Assembly: GCA_047495785.1 (NCBI GenBank)
Contig: JBLDXI010000042.1
Coordinates: 4,960,001 to 5,024,000, forward strand
DNA length: 64,000 nucleotides
Origin: Lepidodermella squamata
Lineage: Eukaryota; Animalia; Gastrotricha
Direction: 5' to 3'
The notes beneath the pieces are model-generated. The model was not told the origin of the DNA. It saw nothing but the letters and a program-made list of their open reading frames with translations, and searched no databases. Shown here piece by piece: positions 33,429 through 46,000 of the stretch; position 1 is the stretch's first letter; each line of letters opens with the position of its first letter. The position numbers and the translations under genes were made by a program.

Positions 33429-34859
33429 CTTTTCATAGTAACCATCTTTGAGACAACTGGTGCGACATTTTTTGCCTCCCAGAGTCCTCAATATGGCGCA
33501 GCGTCACGGATACTTTACGAGGTAATTTTTTTTTAACTATGCAGTCCAATCTAGTGCATCGGTCTTTTGAAGACATCTGCAAAACGAGTCTACAATTCAG
33601 AAAGAGTCGGCTTCAGTTTAATTTCTCGCAGCACGAAACCACTTCCTGCAGGGCTCTTCCCTCAAGTTTGCTACTCTAACTTTCTTCTTGCACGGAATTT
33701 GGTCCCTATCCCAACATGCAAGGGACAGAGATAATGAGCCGAAAGACATCTCAGACATTTCACTAAGACATTTCTCAGACGATACAGCCTTCCTATTATT
33801 CGACTTATTGCAATTGAAATGTGCAAGCTGCCTTCAATTTACGTTATGTCAAGTATATTATATCCAATTATATCCAAGTCGCTTCCGGGAATATGGTAAT
33901 TACAATTCATATTACCGTAGTTACCGAAATTTAAACCCCCACTCATTCAGAAGCCTGTCTCGTTGAGAAGCTTAAGTTAATTGATATTCATCGTCGACGT
34001 AGAGTCCTATCTCGAATAGTAGTCTAGGCTACTACGGCACGTGTGAAACGTGGGCTCTGCTTCGCTGAACGATATTTAAAAACGAAAAATGTCTGCGGAT
34101 GTTTAATAATCATCGATTTGCAATGATTTTTGTTGTAGCCTTCTTTATTATTCCTAATGTTCAGCCATTAGACGACCTAGCTGATAATTAATCATGAAAA
34201 CTTCAGTTTTGACATCGAAAGACGGAAAATAAAGCCAGGCCTCCGCTACATAAGCCTATCTCAAACAGAATATTATCTTTTAGCAGAGCCAAATTTGCCC
34301 GTTACGGAACCATAATTGGCTGTAGCGGAACAAAATTTCAATAGTTGGCACCAAACGAAAATGATCGAAAAGTGCTATTCATAAATCAAAAAGCCTAGTC
34401 TTGAGTCTTGAATAGTGGCCTACTTTCCCCCATTTTTCGAGATATCATTTTTGTATAAGCCCGGGTTCGGTACCCACGGTATAAGACTATTTGGTGCCAG
34501 ACAAATGACTGATTGGTTATTGATCTTCGCAACATTTGAAAATTTCAATTTTGAGGGAGTATTGTTGGCTGAAGCTCGCTGCGCTTGCGAGTGAGGTGCA
34601 AAGGTCCAAGGTGCACAAATTACGAATCTGGATTATGGATTACGCTTTTGAGTGTAAGATCACCGAGCAGTGTGCGTAGCACGGGCTACTAAAATTTGAA
34701 AATATTGTTTGGTAAATCTTGCATTTTATATGTTTTCGAACCGATTTTACCCCTCAATCTTGGACTACTATTAGAGATGGACGATTATTAGTGAATGGGC
34801 TACTATTGGATCAAAAACGGTATTTATATTAAGATTCGTTGAATAAGAATCAATTAAGG

Positions 34860-34985
34860 AGGAGCACGTGGCTTAGTGGTTAAGCGTCCGCTGTGCTTTC
34901 TCTGAAGGTCAGTGGTTCGCCTCCAAGTCACGGCGCGTGTGTAACTGAGCAGAGCACTTAACCCCTACTGCTCCGGCTGGGTGGC
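34860..34985 (+). mobile_element. tRNA-derived SINE (5' part)
   Basis: A box TGGCTTAGTGG, B-box-like GGTTCGCCTCC, then GAGCAGAGCACTTAACCCC. A second, similar copy lies at about 38089-38195. Confidence 0.7.
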
Positions 34986-35280
34986 AGAAACAAATAATGT
35001 CTTTGAAATTCTAAAAGAAATAAGTATGATGAAGTTCAAGTTGGGCTGCTCCGCCAACATAAAACAAGTGAACCTGGGAAAGGTTCCTTGCGTCAGGTAT
35101 ATGTTGGTGCACAATGTTGGTGTAATTCTAGATTTTCAAATTTTATTCAAATTAAATTCAATTTAATTTCGTCGACATTGCGATAGCAGGATCAAGTCGA
35201 CACCAATATAACACTACCGATGTTTTATTAATTAAATATTCTCAATAGCTCATAGCGTTTGAGTTAAGATTCCCCGCTAA

Positions 35281-37062
35281 TTACCGCCACCTGGTTAAAT
35301 AGGATAATTAAATCACTGAGAACCGGATCGCTCAGGTCATTTTTACTTCTTAGCAGCAACTTTGAATAAAGTTGGAAGCTTTGTACTAGCGCCCTGCTGG
35401 CTCTTGGACTGCGGCGCAGGTTTGCCAGCGTTTGAATTAACTGTTTTCTGGCCAGATGCGTTTGTCTCAGCTCGACGATTTCTCCACGTCCACGGGGCAT
35501 ACCAGCGGACTCCTGAATCAGCCGAACGCGTCTGGGTAGCTGGCTTCTTCGAGTCATCTTCAGCCCTTGACCAAAACCACCAGCTCCTACGACGAGGCGC
35601 GGCCTTGGCGGGTGTGACACCAGCGCTTCTACGTTGGTAGCGACGATGCTTCCTGTGCCTCTTTGATTTGCCGTTGCTCTGAGTCACAGTATTACCCGAT
35701 TTCTTAGCAGCAGCACTCTTTCTGCGGAACCACGAACGCTTCTTTCGTTGCTGCTTTGTCGGAGTACCAGTTACATTTTTGCGGTTCTTACGAAACCAAC
35801 GCCTCCTATGCCTTCTCTTCTGCGCACCAGCAGTTACGCCGGCATTAGCACTCCGCTGGCTACGGCGCCTGCCCCACCGCCTGTAAGCAGGTTTTGCTTG
35901 GGCCGTATTGGTCTTAGCTGCACTCCTGGCGACAACGGAAGACTTCTTTGCAGGGCCAGAGCTCTTAGCAGCAACGGCCTTGGGTGCAGTCGCAGCTTGC
36001 TTTTTCACAGCAACAGGCTTGCTAGCAGTATTCTTTACAGCAACTGGCTTCTTTGCCACAGCTGCGGGTTTGCCGGCAGCGGAATTCTTCGAAGCAGCAG
36101 GCTTCCTTTTCTGGACCTTCGCAGCGGTCCTTGCAGGCTTCTTCGCAGCAACTGGCTTCTTCGTCTCTACGCTCTTAGCTGCAACAGCTTTCGGAGCTGT
36201 TTGAACTGGTTTCTTAGCAGCAGCTTGGTTGCTTAAAGCTACAACTGTCTTAGTTTGAACCGACTTGCCAGAATCGGCTTTTTTCGTCGCCACGGCGGTC
36301 TTCTTCGCGGCAGCAGGCTTTTTCTTAGCTGCAGTCTTGGCCGGTTTCTTAGCTGAGACTGGTTTGCCAGATCCTGAGCTCTTGGCAGCCACTGTGTTTG
36401 AAGACTTCACGGCCACTGTCTTCTTGCTCTGGGCCTGTTTGGCGAGAGCAGCCTGCGAAGTCTCCGAACCCTTAGCTGCTACTTTACCAGAAGAAGTCTT
36501 GCTATAAAAATGCCAAAAATACACGATTTCCTCAAGTTTTACCTATCATAAATACCTATTTTTCACAGCACGGGGTTTACGCTGGTTACGGGTGCGCCTC
36601 CTACGCTGCTTGCGAACTGCACCCTTGGAATTCGCAGATCGATTCTGGACCGTCTTGGTGTTACTATTAAAAAATACTGCCTAAACCATGAATTAAAACC
36701 GAGCGGACTTACGTCTGGGAGGCAGATCTCTTGCTAATTAGTTATCAAAACAAAAAGCAGTTGCATACTAAAAGCTATAAGAAATTCAAGCTCGAGTCTT
36801 ACCTAGCAGCTGCATTTTTGCGATGACGCCGACGCCTCTGCTTTCGCTGGGCCTTCTTCGGTGGAGCTTTCTTGGTTTCAGCGGCTTTCACTGTTTTGCC
36901 GTTGCCAGCTTTCTTGACATCAGCAGCCTTCGGCTTAGTTTCGACGGGTGACTTCTTTGCAGGAGCTTTCGCCTCATTTTTCTTCTCAACCGGTGCAGCT
37001 GAGGCCGCAACAATTGCAAACAGCACAACGGCTGCGCAACCTAGGTAAAACCACCTGGTCAT
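35281..37062 (-). CDS. Gene E: secreted Lys/Ala/Pro-rich (histone H1-like) protein with Trp/Arg-rich motifs (about 517 aa)
   Basis: Exons 37062-36803 (MTRWFYLGCAAVVLFAIVAASA), 36733-36713 (21-bp microexon), 36663-36556, 36501-35347 and a probable last exon 35290-35281 (otherwise the stop is at 35343). Introns are phase 2; AATAAA at about 35224-35229. Confidence 0.85.
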
Positions 37063-37849
37063 GAGATATTTCGCCCTTTATGCGCTAGACTTTTATCAGA
37101 TTGACAAATATTAAGAAATGGTTATTTTTTGCAGACTTCCTTGTACCTGGCGCTGTTTCCGTGCCGCAATTTCGAGATCACTCATCGGGTCACATCTTGT
37201 TCTAATGCTTCATTTTTTCATCCAAGGTTCGACGTGGAATATTGGCATCACCACTGACAGCAATTAAATTTTTTCACAGCTAGCCGTCACGAAAAAGCGT
37301 TCAGACGCATGGCATTAGTATTTTGACCTCGGACAGTTTATTCATTTCATTTAGCGAGCCTCAATCCAATAAGAACGCTCCAGTAAAGTTGAAGGAGACA
37401 AAATGGGCATTTCACAATTGTCCGTTCAGAATCTCATCATAGTATTTCAAGTTTTATGTCCGTTGTTTTATCTGTTACCTGTCGCAAAATACGAAGAGCG
37501 AGCTCAGTAGAAACTTGAATGTAGCTTTCCGGCGTGCATGAGCAGTTTGCGCGTTCTGAGTCTCTTGTGGCAGAAGAACTGGCAGAAGTGGCAATTTAAA
37601 ACTGGCAATTTCTATCGTGGCCCTTGGCCAACGTTCAGGCAGACTGTAGACTGTAGAGGTCTGAAAAATATGAAATTGCAATGACGATAGAAGGTAAAAC
37701 AAAGCGGATACGTACAGCAAAACATAGACAAATGCAACAGAAATCGAGATTTCAGAAAGGCGGATCAACTCGCGCAAAGAATCCACAATATTCACGCGGA
37801 AAACTTGGCTTAATGGTTACGCTCGAGCCGAGGATTTAATCCTCGAGTG

Positions 37850-38088
37850 TGTAAGCTGCTGGTAATTCCCGCAAAGCAATTCCTCCGAGACGGCGGCTCC
37901 CTTCCTCCCGGTGTATGACGCCATTCACCGGCAATCAAGAGATGCGAAAGCCTGGGGACCATGGATCGATCAGCAATAATCGGCTCATGTAACTTGACTC
38001 TTAGGCCTCATACATGTGATGACATGAGATCCAAGTGCTAAATGTCGAAAGGCGAATTGCGCAATAAAGTATGAGTATGAGTATGAGT
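37850..38088 (+). mobile_element. 3' end of a LINE/SINE-like retroelement
   Basis: AATAAA followed by a (GTATGA)3 microsatellite tail abutting a 5'-truncated SINE copy. The left boundary is uncertain. Confidence 0.4.
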
Positions 38089-38385
38089 AGCGTCCGCTGT
38101 TTCCGCTGTGCTCTCTCTGAAGGTCAGTGGTTCGCCTTCAAGTCACTCGCGTGTGTAACTGAGCAGAGCACTTAGCCCCTACTGATCCGATTGGGTAGCG
38201 CCATACCCTCGGCCGTAGACCCTTCTCTTTATCATCAAAATCGGCAGCTATTCAACTTAGCCAGCAATAGCCGCACATCCACCGATGGAGTGTCTCATGA
38301 TGTAAAAGTTCGGGAAACGGGGAACGTGCGGCCCACCTAACGCATCCAGATAGGACAGCCGATGAGTGAGACATTCACATTCACC
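38089..38385 (+). mobile_element. Second copy of the tRNA-derived SINE, lacking its A box
   Basis: AGCGTCCGCTGT...CTGAAGGTCAGTGGTTCGCC...GAGCAGAGCACTTAGCCCCTACTG matches 34883-34975; possible ACATTCACATTCAC tail. Confidence 0.6.
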
Positions 38386-38586
38386 TACGGCAACTTTTGA
38401 CAACTTTTGAATTGAATTCGCGGGCACTCAGAAACGCGCCAAATACATAAAAATATTATGTTTTCTCCGATTTTCAATTAGATTTAACGATTGTACGATA
38501 TATAACAGGATATTATATAAATGTCAAACATACAATTGAATCATTTTGGCGGGTTTTATGATTGATGGAAGTCTCTCGCATATCGA

Positions 38587-39230
38587 GCCGTAAGGTATTC
38601 CGGGATAGCCCCAATGTATAGTATACATCGTGTATAGCGCGCACTTGTATACTATACAACCGTATACTATACAGCGTGTATACAATACATGTATACTATA
38701 CAACCATGGAGTGCGCACTAGGTGCTTGTATACCATACATGTATACTATACAAATTGCAACTTCTTGAGCGCGCTTCTATGCAATCTACGCGCACTCTAC
38801 ACTAGAAACAGCTTTTTAAAGCTCCTGAAGTTAACTATTTTCGAGCCAATCAAATAATTACTCTTCTAGACATGTCCCTCATTCCACAGTCTGGCCACGA
38901 TTCAATTTGGCTGTAAAATTCATACCTAATTTTCCGGAAGCTGAAAGCTGAACGCTTGTTCATAGAGCCTAGAGCAACTACCGATTTATCTAAATTCGAA
39001 TGTTAAGCAGGGGGTCATACTTCTACCAACTTGATCTGCATTTTAGGTTTGAAAACGGCCGTATTTTTGACGTACTTGTATGGTATACAAGTGCGCGCGC
39101 GCGCATCCGCAGCTTGTATAGTATACATGTATTGTATACACGCTGTATAGTATACGGTTGTATAGTATACAAGTGCGCGCTATACACGATGTATACTATA
39201 CATTGGGGCTATCCCGGAATACCTTACGGC
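38587..39230. mobile_element. MITE with about 117-bp TIRs and 8-bp target-site duplication (hAT/P-like)
   Basis: GCCGTAAGGTATTCCGGGATAGCCCCAATG... is the reverse complement of 39114-39230. TSD CATATCGA lies at 38579-38586 and 39231-39238. Confidence 0.85.
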
Positions 39231-42200
39231 CATATCGACGTGCTGGGGTTCTGGAACCTGGAGCCTGGAACCTCTGGCTACCCACGCTTTTTGGTGCTTG
39301 ACTTCCTGCGGGAACAGCCTAAACACGACGCCATCAACAAGGCGAAGTACGAAAAGCTAGTGAAAGAATAATTACCTGCTGCAGCCTCTTACGTTGAAGT
39401 TGAAGTTGATGGACCTCCATTATGGATTGCCAAGTGGTTTAAAGCTTGCTCCAAAGAAAGTAAAATCCTGTTATTTTCAAACTGCTCTTAAGAGCATTTT
39501 CAAGACGGATCGTGGAAGATTCCTCCTTGAATAACAACGCCATAGTCTATTTGAAGGGTGTCGCAAGGTTCATTTTTGATTTTTGATACCGTACAATTTC
39601 CAGCCGTTCGGTTTTTGTACTCTATTTATTAGAACTGCACGCCAGCATTCCTACATTCTTGAAAAATCGTACGTCCAAGGGTTGGGTTATGTGTGTTTGC
39701 TAGATTGCTAGAGTGCTAGATTCGACACTAGGGCTTTTCTCTGCCCAATGATTGAATTTGCTTCCTTGGGGACCCGAGGTCCCCAAGGTATGAGGGCAGG
39801 GTTTGCTAGATTGTAAGAATGAGATGACAATATTTTCTGCACCAAATGTAATATACTTTATACTTTATTTTCTTTTATAGCTCCGTCATTAAATCAACTT
39901 CTATTTTGACTCCGTGGAATTACCTCTTGTAAATAATTCTCCAAACTAGTCTTTTGGTAGCTTTCTTGCTACGACGGCATTTGTAGGCTTCGCTGAGTGA
40001 GTGGAAAAGCCACCTGGGCACTAATGCCTGGGCCCTGGAGAAACAGTCAGCAATAACTGGAGTACCAGGGGTAGGGATTTCATTAAGTAGATAGTAAACC
40101 TGTTCAAACTTTCCTAGAGCGTAAGCTCGCGATTTTCTCACAAGCTCCGCCTTATGGCGAAAGCTTGAGTCCGTCAGGGCGAGGAGAAATCGTAATTCCT
40201 GATCCTGATCCTGATGGCATGACGTACGTTGAAATGTGCTGACATATTATCGCCAACAAGAAAAACCCGTACCGCGCTTCCTACCAATCTTAAGTGAATC
40301 AGCCATGCTAGCAATGTGCCATACGGTTGTATGAGGAACGTAAAACTTGTACTTGTGTTCAACCAGTTCACAAACAGTCTCCTTTCTCCTTGATAACAGC
40401 TTTGATGGTTGGCGATGGATGGATTCGAAGCCCAGTCACCATTTCTGGTGGTATTCATGGGCTGAGGGTTGATAGAATGATGAGCAGATGCTACAATGAT
40501 TGAATGATAGAGCAGCCCGATCATCTCAGATGATGGTTATCACGGGTGCTTTCGATATAGAAGGGAATCATTAGTATAAAAATGACTTCGTAGAAAAATA
40601 AATGTATAATCATAATCTTTAAGGCTCTAATTGGATCCATCGGTCCAATGGCTCCTTGGAATCCTGAGCTTACCATGATTTGAGGCCATCAAGTTGCTCG
40701 TCAGTTAAAAATACACGCCAACGCCAGGGCAGCTCCTTGAAACACCGAGCAGTCCGTGTACATCTGAGCCGTGTAACTGAGACCGTTAGAGACATGGGCG
40801 AGTGGTACGTATTATGTTTCGTGCGCACGTTACGATTTTCCAATGGAGCTGGAAGCATATTTGTGTTCTACTCGTTGATGACGGTGGCGCATAGTCGTTC
40901 CGATATAACCAGCGTCACACCGGTCATTAAAACTTTTAAACTACGCACTATCTGTTGACGAGCTCGGGGTTATCCTCTTTGGTTTCAAAATTACCAAACT
41001 ATAACCATAAATGAGATTTTCGAGAAGGTTTTTACGTTTTGATGCGAAATTTGCCCCCTTCAAACTTGCCTGATTCACAGAAAAATTCAGAAAATGTCTG
41101 CCTGCTCTCATTGCGTAATTGAAATTCACGCAACTCGACGCTTTTCAGATGCTGAGGTTGACAAATTTTCCCGATTTTTCGCTGAAAAGCCTGTTAATTA
41201 CTTGTTCTGTGTACTATTTTAGAGTTTTACAATGAACCGTATTTGCACGGTTAATTTGCATATTTGTGAACACGACTCGCAGCAGCCAATGTGAACTACC
41301 TATTGTTATAGTGATACGTTTTAAACAACTGGCGATGGTTAGGTGGAAAGTACTATTCAACCCCGTTCCAGACGAATCGCACTCAATTTAGCGCGGCACA
41401 TTCTTAACACTGCCTATCGGGCGAAAATCATGACTTCAAGTCGGCCTATTGCGAAGAAGGTAATCTAATTTGCCGTATTTATACTGTGTCTATCAATAAG
41501 AAACGACAATCTAGTGCCCAATTTGATTACTTAAATGCGGGTTTTCCCTCGTGAATGAGTCTTATTTTTGATTTTGTAGCGAGACAAATGTCGTCCTTCT
41601 GTATAATTTTTCCGAATTTTCCTTTTCAAATAATTTCTTATTTTAATTTTATAAAAGTTTTATGTGATAAAAATCTATTTTTACGTGTGGGATTTATCAA
41701 AAACGAATAATTTTAGAGATGATTATCAGTCTTGATTATTTTTAGAAATAAAACCTGTAAATCACCTCATTTTAGGTGCTCATCACTTGAAACTGCCGAA
41801 TTTACGATGATAGGCACGAATCACAGGGGAATCCGTATGATAATCGCTCAAATTAGCTAGTTTTCAGCGTGGAAAATCCTCTGTCCATAACTTGAGTTTT
41901 TTTCCCCTCCTGAATTTATTGATTTTTTACTCTTTTTTAAGATCAGACCGTGAAATGAACATCATTGAGGCTTCCATCACGTGTTTTCAAATATGAAAAA
42001 TAGTCGTGACTTTCAGCTCTATTTTTCAATATTTATTTGCGTGTTTTCGATAGTAGTTATTAGACATGTGTAATTTTGTATCACTCAATATATGACAACC
42101 AGATATATTAATTTAACCTCAGGCAAGATCAAGAGCAGAAATAAACCCGGAATAAAAAACTACTAGGATAAATGTGTGTTTTTTCTGCTATTAATCGCTT

Positions 42201-43098
42201 AATACTCGACATTGTGTAGTTTACACATTGTCACGTATTTTCTTGCTTGCTAATTTGATACCTACTATGTGCTGCTTGTACATGCCGGTCTATTGCATAT
42301 TTTTTTATTCCAATAGTAAACCTGAGAATCTTCTTGCTGTATTAACGAGCGGTTCATTTACCATTCAAGCAATCTATAGCACTTGATAAACTGGAATTAA
42401 TTTATCTGTGGCCAGATTTATCTCGCTTCATCGAATATTTATCGTAGAATTTTTCAGAGAAAATATTCAAGGATTTCTATCGCTCTTATAGCCTAGCCAT
42501 AAGTTTTTTACCGATTTTTGCGGGGCTTGGAACCTCACTGAGAATATTAAATTATGATTTCTCGAATAATTCCATCAATTTATGGTTAACCCTGGTCCTC
42601 AAGTAGATAATGGGACCCGAAGCCGCTTGTGGCCAGGAATTCTGACGCATTTTATTTTAATTTTTCTGATTCTAAATTCTTATTAGGAATCCCCAAATTT
42701 TGTCCCTGCTAGAATTATGACTCATTTTTGCCGAGCGAGAAAGGTTTTTAGGGTGCTATCCTCGATTTTGCATATTTTTGAATTTCATTCAGAAATTGTT
42801 CAATTTTCAAAGTAGTCCGAAACCGGGTAAAATTTTTAATTTCGTTTTTAAGCTGTAAATAGATTTGTCTTGAAGTCTTGGATTTAAGTCGATATTATTG
42901 ATTCATTTTACCTCGTATCTTACAAAAATAAAGAATTGGGATTATCAAGTGCTAAAAAGTGCGTCATATCAGCAGGAAAAACAAAAAGTGAATCCACAAA
43001 ACCGCGGATCGATCATCCTGACTCGCCATTTTTCCTATTCGCATATTTGTTGAAGAATTTGACAACCCGCATAAATTAGTCGAATTTTGTTTTTGTAG

Positions 43099-46000
43099 AA
43101 AAATGTGGCCAATATCAAAGGGTGGCATATTCCGCCGCGGAAAAATAGTGAAACCGGCGAGAAATTAACAGCGCCGCTGTGGTGCCGAATTCTGTTCGTT
43201 ATGTCGACTATTTCGATCCTGGCGGCTTTAATCTGCCTTCCTTACATCGTTCCGAATCACTCGATCCGTCTGGCTTTCGCAGCTTCGAATGTCCGTCTCG
43301 ATCAGTTTTTCTCGTGCAGTGAGCGCTGGGAGCGCATGGCGTCGAGCCGCAAATGTCCGCCTAATGACGAAGAGCGAGTTTTGTTCACCCCAATTCGCGC
43401 ACCGCCGACACAGGCTGTCTACGGCTGGTACAATTTGTGTATGACTAACAACAGCGAAATATTCGATCAAAGTGAGTAAATTATTGTCATACCTATTTAT
43501 TTTTTGAACGCTTCGAGTTTTGCGATCAATTACAAAAAAATGTCGCCCTACAAATTCTGAGTATCAAAATAATATTCATATGCCAAGAAAAGCCCAAAAC
43601 TTGCTCGCTTAAAACACCCTATAAAACGTCGCCGTCCACCTTTCTATTTGGTTTTCTCTTCTTTTCTTTCATCGGTTTTGGCAATTATCTCACGATTGCG
43701 GACGGGAGGAATTTCAGGGCTGTGAATTAAACAGTAAAGCAAGTCGTTAGTGTGAGCTTGGGTCAGGCGAGAGCGGTCATCTGTTAAAATTCGGTTTCGA
43801 GGAGAAAAATTTCGTCCAGCCGAAGCGTTTGACCGGGGTAAAAGCAAAATCCTGACCGTTGGAGTTCCAAGTTTTGGAAATCATATTCTAAACATTTTGA
43901 ACCTTCTGTATTCTTCTTCGAACTCATCCTTGAGATAGACAGGCAAGCTGGCCGCTTAGCATCCCTAAGAATTAGGAAAAGGTACTAGAGCGAAGGAAAT
44001 GAACTTGGAAAAATTTCTAATTCGAAATCCGGCTCGCTTTTAGTCGATAAGGTTTCAGGTACTAGTCCAGCGTAGCAGACAAAGCGCTCGTCGAGGTTGT
44101 CGAGGATTGCTCTAGCTAGGTCCAGGATGTCTTTCGCGATTGATGTCACGGCTCGACAGCAACTCAACTCTGATATAGGTAATCAGCGCGTTCGAACTTC
44201 GCTTCCGGGGTGATTTCTCACAGGTCACGCATCACCTCCCCCAACAGAAGGTACAATAGTGCCATCAACACCATTGGATTGCGCCTAGTTTGTAACCGAT
44301 GCAAGGATCAGTCGTATCAGGATGCAAATGATGACCACATTGAATAGAGAGGCGATTCAAAAGCGCTCTCGGAAGAATCAAACTCTGAGTGGAATGATGA
44401 GTATTTTTATTTAGTTGATTGGTTTTAACGTTCCGGCTCGTAGCAAACCAGCAAATCCAAAGATTGAAGGCACCAAGTAAAGCTATTCAAGTTCTCACAA
44501 GGTACTTCGAGGCTATCTATCCGATTCTCATAACTATGGGAATGTTTTGAGCGCAATGTTTCAAGCCTGGTATAAGATTTTCGAGATTAAGGTTCCGATT
44601 TGAGGCTTGCTATCATTAAATTAATTTGATATAATTCATGATAAAATTATGTATAATTATTTAGGCATCTGCCTTGACAGCACTGATCGCGGGCTGCTGA
44701 TTGCGTTCCTGCAACGCATCGACGATTTCTTGGCTGAGATGCAGTCAGAGGAAAAACAAGTTTTCTCTAACTTATTCACCGATTTATGCGCGCAACATCG
44801 AAATGCAACAATGCGCGAGCTGGTCGATCGGTTCGCGTCTCGCGCGTTTCTCGACAACATTTTCGTCGCGTCATCGTTCGAGCGCGTTCGGGAGGTTCAG
44901 AGCATGACGCGGTATTACTTGTGCGAAGCTTGGCTCAATGTTGCGGTTTTACCTGGTGTAACAAGTGGAGCAACTAGGCTTTCTAATAGTACTGGAACAT
45001 TCAACAACGCGTCTTTCAATCGAATTTTCGTCGAGGCTGAAACTGGATCGGTGATGAACTTGGCAAGGTAATAATTCTTCAAAATAATGTGAATAATTTA
45101 GTGGCGGGGGCGGTCCCGGACTTGAAAACGGGATTCCGGTATCAGATAGTGTCCGTCACTAGTTGAGGTCAACACTTTAAGGAAGTGGCGACGTTGCATC
45201 CGCAGGCTGGTTTGATTGAGGTATAACTATAGCCATTGCTGAACTGAAGCCGACGTGTTCAGGAGGGTTTTTATCGAAAGAGTGTACGAGGGCGTGTAAT
45301 TCTGTCTCCACTCCACTTTTCAAAATATGAGATGGCGACAAGGCAACAGTCAGGCAAAGTCGAAGAAGTAGATGCACAAATTCACAGCGCCTACAGAATT
45401 TGTCTTAGTAAGGTTCTCCGCTGCTGCTTCGATGATCAGCTAATATCTTTAATGATCAAGCAAGATCTGCCAAGTTCCTGCACGATCTTGCAAAACCTTT
45501 GAGGATCTAAACTTACCGTAAATGTTGAAATGCTAGCCCGGGCTTCCATATTTTCAATGCACAAAAGGGTGAAAAACTGGGCTTCTATTCGAGATGGGCC
45601 GATAGAACCAAGTAGGCTAATAGAAGGGCAACCGTTCTAGGAAAATTTCCGCCTCATCATTATAGGGCGACTTTGCAGTCACATGACTAAGGTCAAAGTC
45701 CGTCGATTTTTTTCTGGTCTTGGTCGCGCGGTCGCGCAGTCGTTGTGGTCGGGCGGTCGTGAAAAAAATGTTCGCTCAAAAATCAGACTGAAAAAAACGA
45801 TGCACCACCAGGAGTCGAACTAAGGATGTTGGAATATAAAGCCATATTTTTGATCCACTACGCCACCAATTCATGGCAATTAAGAGTTTCTATCAGTGGA
45901 TCCGATTGAGAACAATATGGGTGTAAATATTTTCCCGGCAGATTTCTTCACGCTGGTGGCGTAGTGGATCAAAAATATGGCTTTATATTCCAACATCCTT

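Noticed and set aside
11457-37062. Sperm protamine / histone H1 annotation
   Set aside because: The composition is similar, but every gene has an N-terminal signal peptide exon and no winged-helix H1 globular domain is visible.
39240-40700. Possible degenerate LTR-retrotransposon pol fragments (AYALGKFE, VIADCFSR)
   Set aside because: Too fragmentary to support; no LTRs or intact RT/integrase motifs seen.
43830-44460. Possible LINE ORF1 remnant in GPCR 1 intron 1
   Set aside because: No sustained ORF or diagnostic motif could be established by eye.
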